Assembly (NCBI GenBank): GCA_048772705.1
Contig: JBLWGC010000035.1
Coordinates: 186,001-250,000 of the forward strand
Length of the DNA stretch: 64,000 nt
From: Leidyana gryllorum EB-2025a
Lineage: Eukaryota > Protista > Apicomplexa
Direction: 5' to 3'
This document shows, in pieces, positions 24,291-38,000 of this stretch (positions are counted from its first letter, which is position 1; each line of letters opens with the position of its first letter). Below the pieces are notes generated by a model. It searched no databases and was not told the origin of the DNA. It saw only the letters and a program-made list of their open reading frames with translations. The position numbers and the translations under genes were made by a program.

Positions 24291-25947
24291 TCACCGTGTG
24301 CGATTCCGATCGTTTGTGTCTCCCTCTACAACTTTTGAGCCCGTACAAAACAGGCCACAGCGATCCAAGCTGCCAGCCCCGACAACCTTATACCCTCGTT
24401 TTGAGTCACTCCTCCCACTGACTTTGCAATACACACTGCCGACAATCCAAAAATATGTGAAAATGTAGGTGCAGTCTAACCTGGAACCAAGGGGCCCAGC
24501 ATCCATGTAGTTTGATATATCAGTTGGTACAGTGAAATCGCGTCCTTCCGCAGTGTTTCTGATCGCCAACACTGCTGAAGGAACAGATCTAGTCTCACTC
24601 ACTTGGAACCGCATATCCGTATGTTGCCTGAGCCAACGGCAAAACACAAGATCCAAAGTACACTGACATAGTCAGTAGAACACCAGTGGTTATAGTGTCG
24701 GAGATGAAGCACACACACGTGTTACACAGTGCACTCAGACCTATGAGACGGCCAAAGGACATCCAAAAGTATCGCTCGATAGCTCTCACCCGTGCAGAAC
24801 GCGAAGCCACGGAGAAGGGCTGGTGTCAGTCGGTAATGATCTATAGCCGCAGCTTCTCGAACTACTCTATTAGGAGGATAGTTCATTCCCAGACCAGCCC
24901 CTCCCACGAGAATGATAGCTGTCCAGAGAACAGCAGCTCTTTCTGTGAGTTGGTGAGTCTCTTTCAAAAAGGCTAGCAACCAGAACGACATGCCATTGGC
25001 CACAATCATCACGATGAAGATTGCGCACGAAGTCCACTGCAAGCCCGGGTACTGACACGGGCCAACGATCCACCTGAAGACCGAGACGCAGGTCGTTGTT
25101 ATCGGGACGGCTCTGAGTACTGACTGAACTCACGATGGGATGATACATTCGCACTGCGTGTGCGAGATTAGCGTTTCCTCCTCTGATACTCTATAGTCCA
25201 TGAGTTCGAATGACGGCAGTGCGGAGCCGGTCTGTGTTTCAGGTATTTGAAAGACCAATGGGGGTACAAAGAAGATCAACAAGACTGCGTATAGGGCTGT
25301 AAAGACGGCTGCATAGAGGAAGGCTTGGCGAAAGTCTTGGTACCGAAAGACACAATGGATCCAAGAGTCGGGACCTTGGTGGGTGATATTGGTGACGAGA
25401 TCGTGAATAAAAGGAGTAGCTGGAACTGTCAAGTAGCCCACCAGAGCTCCCGCAATCCCAAGAGTAAAGTAGCGAGCAGTTGCTCTGTGCCTCATCTCGG
25501 CCTGAGTATGTCCATGCAGCCACTCGGGTACATAGACCACCAGGTACCCTGCGAAAGCACCCGCCCCATACCGCCAGAGATGAAGGAGCCACGGCAAGGG
25601 GCCCTTGTTAATCTGAGTGACCCATGTTCCAAGAAATGTGAGTGCGAGACCCCAAAGGGACAACTGAACCGTGACGATAGAGTGTTGTACTTTCAAACCA
25701 CGAGCTAAGGAGAAGACAGGCGTTCTTTTGGATCGGTTCAGGGCACCGAAGACTCACTGGCCGCGATACCGGTCAATATGCCGAGCACAGCCGCACCTTG
25801 CAGGAGTGCTTCCGAGATGGGTTGAGAACCGACGGTAGCCTCAATGTCTGGGATGGCAGCGGGAATGATACCGTGGTCAACATTGAGGATGAAGGCTAAG
25901 CCGCAGAGCCACACAGCATACTTCCACGTTTCGTCAACAGTAGCCAT
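24291..25947 (-). CDS. MFS transporter, spinster-like, multi-exon (3' end uncertain)
   Basis: LAFILNVDHGIIPAAIPDIE motif; successive hydrophobic exons. Confidence 0.65.
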
Positions 25948-26014
25948 TCAGCTCACATACTCACCCCCGAGTAGCTTGGTGCAGAGTGCGGAGGTGGGGC
26001 AATTTTTTACGCCA

Positions 26015-29000
26015 ATGGCTTTGGGCAGCCAGGCTGTCCATTCCTACTTCCTACGAGAGCTATGGGGTAGCGAAACTGCAAAAGAGCCGCGAACAGCAAC
26101 AAAGGAAGCAGGCAGAGCGTTGAATATCATAGCTGAAGTCCTTTTGACATCAAATGCTTTAGCCCGACTAGGAGATGCCTGTGGATGTGAAGAGGAAGTT
26201 TCAGCATGGGCCAGGAACACGGGGCACGCCTTCCGACGGCTCGAGCTCGGGGCCGAGCTGCCTGTGTTTCGTTCAAAGGGAACAGCTTCGAGTACCACTG
26301 TCATAGCGAATGCGATATATGATCGCTACCTACGGCTCATCGAGGCACTTTCACGTCTCAATGTCGGAGATGGTTGTGTCTTTCTCAGCCAAATCGCTCA
26401 CACCGAAGACTCGCATCCGCGGTTGATTGCGGTCGCGATAAACGTTGCACAAGATGCCACGCGCATCATAATCGTTGACCCCTCTGTCGAGAGTGAAGAG
26501 TATCGAGATCGTCTGATGCCTTCCTCTGGCACTCAAAAGAGACTGTCTACGGAGATAGCCTGTTTGAGTCCCTATACTCGTTGGAAAGTTCGTAGCAGAG
26601 ACTTTCTGGAGCAGTCTTCCTTCTGGATTCTCTTCCTGCTGTTGGGTGCACTCCCGCACAGCCGTAACACACATACTTTATATACGGCGCTTCTTCCAGG
26701 TATCGCTCAACGCGAGTATCTCGAACAATGCAACGACTTACATGCTCCCGCCTTGGCTTTGTATGTGCCACGTTGCGGAGGATGGCAATTAGCTATGACA
26801 ACTTTGTCTGCCCTGAGTAATCTACACCCTAATCCAGCTATCAAGTTTATGGCCTCAATGGCTATCTTCCGATTCCTCCAGACCGATCTTTCCAAAGTCG
26901 TCGACTCTATCAAGACCACTTCCCTTGCTCTGACGGATCTGCGTCATGCTGCAGCAGTTGTCGTCACGTAGGTTTACCAACAATTGTCAGCGACATCCTC
27001 ACACTCTCTTCGCCACTGACAGGACGGTGTCTCGAGCTTACTGTGTCAGCTTGGAGACTCACGCAGAATCGCTCAAGTCATTGAAACTCTGGGACGAAGC
27101 TCTTGGATTGGCCACAGACTTTGTCAAACTCAAAGATGTGATCGAAGGAATTGATTCCACGCCCCTGTCGGCCCCTCCAACTCCCGCGAAGAAACCGACC
27201 TGGTCTTGGCTCTCACACGTCGGCTTTCCTTTGTTTGGTATGCTTCAGTCATCGCGATTCCCGTTCATTCGAGATGTACCGTCTATGAGCGCCTTTGAAC
27301 TGCTGGTCAGACCCGACTTGACAAGTGTGACAGACTGTAAGGTTGAGACGGCTGCCGATCTCTGTGTCGGATTCACCAAACTGGTCTCCACCCTCTTGGC
27401 TGTCGAGCATGCGCGCGGGTTCATCAAACATCACGCTTGGCTAAGCTACAGTCTCATCACAGAGTTTGTTTTTCGAGTCGTTCCGAGTAGTTGTGTCAGT
27501 GGCCATTGGGATCTCGGCACCACAACCCACGGGACTCAACTATTGACTGCAAAGTGAGTCTATCCTTATCGGTCATAGAAAGATGACGCGTCGTTTGACA
27601 GTGCTGTCATGGAGACTTTGAGATTACTCAACCTGGCGGCCGCACGAATATTCAGCTATACCGACCGGACGGAGCTCGGAGGTGTCCCAGCGTCTCTGAC
27701 TATGACAGGGGCAGCTCTCTTACTCGTCTTGGACACTGTTGTGCGCACATGTGCCGTTGATACGGCTTCGCCCTTCACTCTCGCCTACAATGCCGCCGAT
27801 GAGGGTGCCCCTTATTTCTTTGATCTGCACGGACTGGCAGACTTGACCGCGCTGCTGCCGATAGCTGACCCGCGGCTGCTATGGCTGCGAATGTTGGTGA
27901 GTCATATGAGATGCGGTGGTGGTGATCATCTCAACTCCCTTAAATGGGGGGACGCAGATTTTGGACAGATTGGCAACCAAACGGCAAGATTCTATGCCCG
28001 AACGCGAGATCTTTGCCTTTGAGCTCTCCGGATGCGCTATGGGTCGGAACGAGGATATGCTGATGGTGAAGGCCGCCAATCTGGTCGGAGCCTTTGGTTC
28101 CAAATCAATGGAGGAGAAGCGTGTGTTGTGCCACACTGTGCTGGCATCCGAGGAGAACCACTTGTTCCAAGTGTTCCCAGAGTGGAAGTTGCTGCGAGAT
28201 GCTGTATTCATGGGAAAGGTGGGCATTTGTAAAGATGAATTCCCGCAACCGCGTCTCGTCTCTCGCAGCATTTGATCGGTTTGGCGGCAAAGTGTCCCCT
28301 CGGAAGTCAGCGATCATTGAATCTTAATGAAGCACTACCGAGATGGAAAGTCGGCAAAGACACTGGTGACATTTTGACCTTTCGAGTTACCTTTTTGGGT
28401 CGGGGTGGACGAAGTGTGACTAACATTTTGTCCACCACATACACAGACGATGCCATCAATGCTTTGACACCTCCGTGTACTATGCACCATACACTGGGTA
28501 AGCGTGGATCGCCGATCGAGAGACTGACTGTATGATGGATGGGTCGCAGAGGTGGCAGAGATCAGTGATGTTAAGACTTCTCTTGACAAGTATCGAGCAG
28601 CCATGTCTCCCTCAGTGAGCCGCCCTCACGACGGAGCTTCCTCAGCTGCCGCGACTGTTGCTGCCACAGCCTATGGGTGGGTCAACAAGCTGGCGGGTGG
28701 GCTCTTCGAGACTGCTCAAGAGACCACAGTTCCAGCCCGCACGGCACTGACACCGGGCAGCATCTTGGGGGAGACAGGTCCTCTACGAGTGGATCCGTCT
28801 TTGGGACCCTCCACTGATCAAACGGGCGCCGAGGCGCCATGGGTGCCTCTACAAATCAAAAGCGGTGCGGAAATGGTGTCGGAAGGTGAGTGACACTTCT
28901 GAGTGGTCTGCGATGATCGGACATCAGAGGATGTTCTTTGTCTCAAGAGAATTCCAACAATCGACAAGAACATTGGCCTGTGGGACACAGAGCTCTTTCT

Positions 29001-32000
29001 CCAGATTCTGTCGGCTCCATATGTTCGCATTCCCGCACTATTTGCGTTTTTCAATCAAGGAGACCGCATTTTGGCTCTGGCATCACCGTACATCCAGGAG
29101 ATCGTGTGGACGGCCATATTCGAGCCAGGCGTGTGGAAGAATCGATCGGTAGGTCCCCAAAACGGGAGTTGGAGCCATCTATCCTCGGTAGACGCACGAT
29201 GAAGAACAGCATCGATTGGTATTGGCCGCGGATTTGGGCGCTGCAGATGAGATTGACAGACGTTTCGTTCTGGGCACCCGATTGGGTGTGTTGATGAACG
29301 AGATTCTGCACAATGGGGACAACATTGCTGCCAATGTAATAGATCTCATACGCCACGCCAGCGATAAAGAAAATGGCAAACTCGATCTCAACGACAATAA
29401 GGCGTTGTTGGCACTCAATTTCTGTGCCACCATTGCCCGACACTTGATGAAATTCTCAGAGTTCATTCTGGAGGTTCCAGAAACTCAGCGTAAGTACTGA
29501 CTGTGTGAGAGCGTAAACTATCTCCATGATCACCATGCCGTGCAGTCTCTCGCGATTGGCTGGGGACGTTGCCAAATGGAGCCTTGCGGAAACGTCTCCG
29601 GACTGATATCGAGGCTTTGCGCGTTTGTCTCCTGACCGAAATTGCCCCTTTCTTCACCCATCTGGCGCAAAAGGCAACCGAAACCAAAAGGATGAGCACA
29701 GCTGTATTCTGCCGGGCCCAATTGGCTCAAATTGCTGCTCTCTTCATCACCTCTTCCGCGGATACCCAATATGGACCGCACTTGGAACATTTGATCAACG
29801 CCTCAAAGAATCTCTTCTTCACCTTCGCCCATAGACCATTCTCACACGCTAGTAAGTCTTCAAGTCGCCATGTGGAGAACATACACACACACTCTCTCTT
29901 GAATCACTTTCTCAGATCAAACGTTCCAGAGTGACGACGCGAAGAGCGCTCGAGGGCCGGATGACGTGGACAGCGAGTCTGAGGACGGGGCAACGGCTCA
30001 CGCCAGTGCCACGGCTTCTGAAGATGCTGTCTCCAACGCGACCGCTCAGGGAGTGTCAGTAACGGAAATATTCAGTCTCCTAACCCACCTTCGCCCATAC
30101 CTTGTGAAGGCGTGTGAGATACCCATGAGTCCATGGCTTCCACACAGCGTCCCAATGGTATCGGTTGGTACTCCGGCTCGAGATCAATTGTGTGATGACA
30201 TCCTGCGTCTCGTCGTGGGTGGATCGGAGATGGCCGATGAGTACGAGGAGGCAGGGCGGTGGAGATCCTCGTTCGCGGCTGGTCGTCCCCTGCCGGTACA
30301 GGGGTTAGACAGGTTCTATATGGGTCGTTACTCCCGTCACTCCTTGGACAGCGCTGGAGAGACGGGAGCCGGTGTAGAGATTGACTTTCAGTTTGGGGAA
30401 GTCAGTTTCCTGCGGCAGGGATTTCAATTAGTCGGGGAGTGGGCCTGGAAGCATCCGTTGTTCTGCGAGGTGGTCTGTCCGAATACAGGAAACTCCAAGA
30501 AGAGTATGCTGCATTGCGCAACTCTTGTTAACTCGCCAACATTGACACACATCAGACTAATTGGACTTCAAGACTACGACATCATACGTTTTGCGCCGTC
30601 TTCCAGCGCCATAATTGATCAACAAGCTTTCGATCTGCGAGTTTGTGAGCGCGAAGTCAATCGCTTAGATTTGGAGAAACAAATCGCGGACATCAAAAGC
30701 CAATTGGAGAAGAGCGGTTCCAAGAAATCGAGCACCGATACCGCTTTAAAGAAATCTTTGAAAGCTAAGGTCGCTCAGTTGGAGTCCATCAGCAGCGTCC
30801 CAGTCTTCTCGGATGCGCTCGCAGGGTTTGTTTGGACACCACAAAGCCTTTTGCCTCACCTCTGGGATACTAACGACCCCGCGGCACTTCACCGGTGGAA
30901 AGTCAACTCGTGCTATTCGGCGCTACCATTCTTCTACTGTGGGGCCGGCATACCGGATAGTCCTGAGTCTTCGTCTTCGTCTCCGCCAACTAATCGGATC
31001 TTTCGGTTTCTCTGCTTCGTTGACTTTGTCAGCAGCAGCTCGAATGACAGTTTCCGACCGCTGAATGTCAATTCGTATGTGCGGCCGCAAAACGTACGCG
31101 AGATTGTCTACTATCCTGTCACAAACAGTGTGGAAGTGTACCGATGGCAATGTATTGGCAGACGTCTGAGTCGAAGTTGTATCTACTCTGATGACGTCCG
31201 ATTGAGTCTATCGGCTCTGCGAAGTGAGACGTGGCGCAAAGATCTGCAGAGCGCGGGAGCGGCAATGGCAGATAGTTCCAACTTGTTTGCGAACGTCACC
31301 TCAGCCATTCCCAAGTTGATCTCTGTGTGGGGAGACGCTTTGGGTGGCAACGCTGGAGATACCCCGGAAACTATTTGGCTGACGAAACCCGATGCCCGTG
31401 TGGATTCGCTGTTAGCTGAGTTGGCGGACGATCGGACACTCACTTGGCACGGGGAACTCAACTCTCGGCATTCATCAACAGGGGGAATGGCAGCTGTGTT
31501 GGTCCAAGTTGCCCACTGGTTAGCCGAACGTCGCCAACCAATGTCATTATGCGTCGATCCTAAGAATCTGGAAGGTTTACTGCCCGCTAATCTGCTCCTA
31601 TCTCGGCATTGGTGGCAAGCTATACCCTCGATTGTGCTGAGTTTGGAAGTCATAAGCAGTGAATTGGAGACAAAGACCCTTAGCGGCGTTCGTCGCGAGC
31701 TGATCCATCCAGTCCTACGTCATCTGAGTCAGTCCCGACTATTCTGTCACTTATTCGCCTTGCTGGATAATCCTCTGTCTGTGATACGATCGACTCCCTT
31801 GGACTTGAAGAGAGCCGCCGAGGAGAATGCGACTGTGTGGGTGATACCCACTGAGATCGCCGGTCATGCTGCACAGTGTAAATGGCCGCACGAAGCCCGA
31901 CCACCCACAACTTTCATGACTCAGTCAACTCTGCTGAGTTGCATTGACGTTCGGAATCTTCTGGCGGAGTCTCAAGACGCGGTTGCTATCGTACAGCGTA

Positions 32001-35000
32001 AACTCGGAGACTCGGGTGAGTGATACCATATGTGCGTACAATTATTGAGAGATCTTCCGCCTCATTCGCAGCTTCGCTCACGCTCCTGGAACCCCGCAGT
32101 TTAATGAAGAACCCGGAAACTGTCGGTACTTTGGAGGCTTTGCTCAAGTTGGACGACGCCGCTGCTATAAGAATATGGTCCTTGGGGCCTCCACCAATGA
32201 CCACAGTGTGGGAGGAGGTGGTTCGAAAGGTTAAACATCGACTGAGCGTTGCTTTGCTCGCAGAGAGTGGCGGGGGAGAAAACTCCCCGCAGGCGAGCGA
32301 CAAGTCCGTTGTGACTTGTCGAATCTGTGAAGCAGCCGAGCTGTTGCTGAGTTGGTGCCGAGAGTGTACACTGGCAGCTTTGGAAGAGAGTAATGACCAT
32401 TTAGTCATTGATTTGGTCGAGCTGCCTCGATTGGGACTCACATTCCGGAGCGAAAGACTCATTGCGTTGAGTAACTCGCGCCAATTGGATCGTTCAGTCA
32501 CGAATGCAGAGAGCAAACTGTTGTGTGATCAACATGATGGGTTCTTCCTGTCAAAGCGGCGCATCCCTCACACCACAATCACTGGCAAACTACTGGGACG
32601 CCTCGAAGCCTTTTCGGTGCTCCTCGAATGCCATTCAGGAGAGTTTCAACTCTTGGTGTCGAGTCGGAGACTACCCTGGGCTGTGGAGAGCCCCCCACCA
32701 CTTATGCCGTCGGGGCCATCGACACTGCCTATGAGCCGAGTCCCGGAATGGAATGAGTTCCCGGGGGACGTCGTATCGCCCCATTTCGTGTATAAAATCC
32801 ACTCCTCTCGTTGCTTCTTGTACAGTCCCAACGGTCGATCGCTGCTTACCCTGTTCCTTCTTCGGCTGGCTGTCGGCGAGTACGCAGAAGCCGCTCTGCT
32901 GCTGAACAGTGGGAGTCTCTTGCAGTATGCCCGAAAGAGTCTGACTGCTGAAAGCGATGTGCCCTTATGGAACGCTCTGAACGAGATGGAAGCCAAACAA
33001 GACGGACAAAATCCCGATGGCATAGGGTGTAGACTGAAGGCCTTAGTCACTCTCGGAGCTTTCGGAAGACCGAAACAGACGACCACGATGCTCTCCAAGT
33101 TGACCAGTGAGCTCCGGAATACGTTGCTGGCTGCTGCCGGAGCTGTTCCTGACGCAGTGACTACTAAGGTTGGGTGTCTGGCCAAGCTGCCGAAATGGAA
33201 AGGGGTCGCGCTTTACGAACAGTACTGCTATGTGGTTGATCTGGTTGCCGAGGCGTGCAGACTGACGGAAGAGGAGGAAGGCATAATCATTGATAGCCTT
33301 GAAGGAGCTTCGGTGAACGTCTCTCGCTTGGTCGGACTGCGTACCCGGCTTATCCGGGCCCATCAGACACCAGTGAGCCCACAGCTCAAGTTGCAGCTGT
33401 TGGCCCACCCACTAAAACCACCGGTATGCGCATTCGATGCCATTGCCGAGAATTCCGCTGTCGAAGACTCTTTGACGAGCCGTCTTTTTGACCACGCTCA
33501 GAAGCTACAGGGGTTCTTTTTGTCGTACCGAAGGCCTCAAGGCCCTCTTGGTGGGGCTATGGCGGTTGACTATATCATCAAGCTCTTTTTGGCAAAGCAC
33601 ACCACTTGGACAGGACCAACACCCGCTGAGATGACATTGTCGCTCGCAAGAGATTGGCTTTTACTCTATGATCTGTTGACTGAAGGACTCCAACTAAAAG
33701 TCAGAGACGAAGACTCGCCGCATTTCTTGGGCTCGCTACTCTGCCGAATGATCGCACCCAATGATCTGACCATAAGCAGCAAAATGTCAGGGTTGCTCAA
33801 GCTTTTGAGCTCGAACAAGAACTTCGCTATGACCATCGCGCCCAAATATGATCCCGATGGCAGCCCAGAGTTGGAAGCGGCAGCGAGCACAAGCAACGTG
33901 GGTAAGAAGGACAAAAGTGGAAGCGGCAGCGCTGCTCTCAAGTCAATGAACTCCGTCACCTCGAAACTCGGAGTTACGTTGCGAACTGACCCGCCCTTCC
34001 AGAAACTGCTGGAGAAATTGGAGTCCACATTGTCCACCCTTTCGTCCACAGACTTGGGTCGGGGAACAGCTGCCCACATATGCAGCGAAATGCCCGCGAA
34101 GTCGAAAGTCACTGATGTCATTCTCTCCGTCAACAATGTACCGGCGATACTGAAATGGTCTGCCAAGCACCTGCGAGCTGCTGGAACGGTCAACAGACGT
34201 CGTCAACTTGCCACCAATACAGAGCCTCCGGCTCAGGATGCGGAGTGTGAATGGGCCAAACCACTCGCATGGGTCAAAGCTTGCGTGGAAGTCCCTCGCC
34301 CGCCACGTCGAGTCATAGAGGCCCCCGTCTTCCATGACACCACGGCGTTCCCCATCCTCCATCTTGAGAAAGATATCCAGTATCATCTTGCCGATGGCCA
34401 ACAGAAAGAGACCGTAACAAAGCTACTCTTCTTGACAGAAGATGTGGAGTCCATCATGGCCGACACGGAGAAACGTACAAAGCTCAGCAGTGTTCTCGAG
34501 TCCTTCAGAGCTGTTCTGGCCAAACGCTTCTTACAAGACGGACGTGACATTGACACCGGTACTCGATGGGTTCTGAGTGCTGTTAACGACAGCGGCGATG
34601 CGTTCCAGAAGGTGCTGCGACGCTGTGGAGCCAGTATGACACTCAACATCGAGACACTGGTCGAGCTCTTACTAGCCGACAAGGGAGCTGAATGGGTTAC
34701 CACTTTCCTCGGGTCTGACAAGCCTGAAGTTGGAAGAACGGTGTTGGACTCCATGGCCAAACTCATGTTCCTCGTCAATCGTCGGTGTCACACAGCCCAC
34801 TGCCTGGAGTGTTTGGTCAACATTGGTAATCTAATCCGATGGCGGGCAGGAGACGAGCAAGTGGCCGCACGCGTTCGGTATCATGTGGACGAGCTCGTAG
34901 CAAGTCTGCAGTCCACACGGTACTATGTACACCGCGTAGGAGCAGATCCGAGCTGCTCATGTCACTCGCAGGCGTCGAACGCCGTGACCGAAGGCGGCCA

Positions 35001-38000
35001 ATATCGTATCTGTTATGATGCCCATTTCCTGGTTTTCGAGTTTGCTAATGGGATTAGACTCCGTCAAAATCAAGTGAAGACAGTCACACGTATAGTGGAC
35101 AGTCTCTATTCACATCAGCCCTTGTGTCTGCAGTTGATGATGGGTCAAGGCAAGACGACAGTGATTTGCCCGTTACTGGCCACCGTGCTGGCGAGCAATG
35201 ACAAGATTGTCGTGCAAGTCGTTCCGAACAATCTGGTTCATTTCACGGTCAAATCTTTAGAGCTGCGATATGCCGCGGTGCTCCGGCGTCCTGTATATAT
35301 TTTAGACTTCACGCGATATTCGAGCGCTCGTCCAGAGTTGATAGATGAGCTCATGAACATCCGCGAGGCTAAAGGAGTGGTCGTCTGCTCGCCGACAAGC
35401 TTAAAGTCCATTCTGCTCAAGTTCTTCTTGTTGCTGGCGATACTGTGGGATGAGCCGTTCATGAAGGTGATGGATGGAGCGTCGGCGTGGCAGCTGAAAC
35501 GGCAGCGGGCCTTGAAAGTCATGTCGGATTTTCGTTCGGCCGTCGAGTCGAGTACCAAGAAGGCCATCTCTTCGATTCAGGCCCCAGTTGGTGTTGCAGC
35601 AGATCAGTTCAAAGCGTTTCTGGCAGCGAGACGCGCGCAGAAAGCTGAGGGTAAAGCGCGGACGTTATTTGGAGACATCAAATCTGTAATGGGGAAGGTG
35701 GGGAAACTGCGAATGCCCACCCCGAATGCAACACGACCCGAGTCATCCAAGTCCCGTAAGCGGTCCCTCAAAGGGCCGATGACAGAGCGGGACTTGAGAC
35801 ACCATCCGGGAGCCTTGCGTTCGGAGTTTCTCGTATGCCATCAAGTGATTGAGTTGTTTGCAAACGGATATCTCATCATGGACGAAGTGGATACAGTTTT
35901 ACACCCTCAGAAATCTGAGCTGCGTTGGCCTGTTGGTAATCCTCAGCCGGTTGATTTGTCAGGCGCGGTGCCATTGCCGTTGGCGTCACGGAGCGAGAAC
36001 GAAGGAGGCTCTGGCGATCTGTTGAGTCTTTTCGATGGTGTTCAGAGGCTGGAGGGGCTTCGTTGGCGGTTGGCGTGGCACTTCCTGGAGTTGTTATTTC
36101 AAGGTCCTTCCGGCAGCAATGAGGATATACCGTGTCACTGTATGGATATGAAGACCACATCGGTTGCATTGGCTAACGAAGCTAAGCAAACCGCTAATCG
36201 CTTCAGAAATCTAATGCTCACAGGATTCAAAGAAAAACAGTGCTTGTCGGTTCCACACTTTGTAGTATTGAAGCCTTCGTTCTACCATTCGAGCCTCCGA
36301 TCGTGTTTCGCCCGCTGGACAGCGCTGCTATTGATCAGTTGGGGACTGCCAGGATTCTCTCTCCAGGAATTGACGGCATATCTTCAGGATCCAAAGTCAC
36401 ATCTTCAGCAAGGCACAACAAGAATCACACGACCTGACGCTGCCCAAGTACTGAACTTGGCTGTGAGTTGGGTGCAGCGCTTAGGCTCACATGTATTGGC
36501 CAAGATTCACCGCGTTCAGTAAGCTGCACCCTATGACATTTGTATACGTTGCTTTTAGCTATGGCTTGATCTCTCCTGCACGGCCCGAAGACTTGAGTAA
36601 GCGCGGAGAGGCAGCAGCCAGTCGTGCGCTCTTGGCTGTGCCCTTCGTGGGCAAAGACACGCCGTCCGAGAGTAGTGAGTTTGCCAACGCCGATGTGTTG
36701 ATCGGCTTCACGATTATGGCCTACCGGCTTGAGGGTATGCGTCACACGGACATCGCTTTGGCGGTTGAGAACTTGAGAGCTCAATTGAAACTGGAGCAAT
36801 CTAAGCTGGCTGGAGCCGAAGACAAAACATGGCCATCGGCCGCTCACTATCGCGAGTGGATTGAGGCCTCAGGTGGTAGGGTCAAGGGTACTCGTCGCAC
36901 GGAGAATGCAACTAAAGGTATGTTAAGCCGTCCAGGAAGCAACGTAAAACACAATTTCTCTCTCTTCGGGCCAGCTCCGGGACTACCCACCACCGCCAGT
37001 CTGTGTGTGATGCCATTGGACGCATTGGACATCAATGACCCGTCTCACTTTGAGCCGGTACTGTCCCTACTACAGCGCTCGGCTAAAGCAACACGATACT
37101 ATCTTTTCAATATGGCTTTTCCCCTGACTCTGAAGAGCTCCCCGTATCAACTGGTCACGAGCGGTCAGCATCTTGGTAGCAAGGCAGTATTTGATCTGAA
37201 GGTTGGATTTTCCGGCACCCCATCCTCGCTTCTGCCTCCTGAGTTTGGAGAATGCCAGTTTGAGCGTGGGACGGATGGGCAGATGTTCGCAATGTTGACC
37301 AGTCCCGATGTCGCCACTGTGGAAGAACTACCAACGGACTGGGCTCCTCGGACTGTATTGACACTGTCATGCGGAACCGTTCGCAGATTCCACGCACTCA
37401 TTGATGTGGGCGCTCTGGTGACGGGAATGTCCAACGAAGTGGCCGCTACCACCATTGGTGATCTTCTGGACCCTCATTTTGTCGGAGTAGCCTATTTTGG
37501 GGCTGAAGATCGCCGATTGTTCCTGAACAAGAACCTGTTTGGGACGAGATCGATCGTGCCGTTGGAGTCGGCCGAGGTTTTGCCAGAGAAACGCTTTACA
37601 TTTTATGACCAGACGTACGTATCATGTTCACATTGATCTCCTCATTACTCTTTTTCCGCTGTCCAGACACACGTTCGGACAAGATGTGTCTCAAGATCCG
37701 ATGGCCGTGGCAGTTCTGACCATTGGCAAAGACACAACCTTCCGAGATCTGGCCCAAGGGGCCTGGCGTCTGCGTCAGTTGGGTGTTGGACAACGGGTGC
37801 ACATTTTAGTTCCACCCGAAATCGCTGGAGATGCACGCCGCCGAAAACTGATGTGGAATAATCCGACGGGAAAGGAGGCATCGATGGCAGAACGTATTGT
37901 CAATTGGACACTGCTGAATTCTGCCAAACAATACGGACGACTGGCAGCGCTCGCTCGGAAGCAGTCTTGCGAACACTTGGTGGCATCAATCTTCATCAAA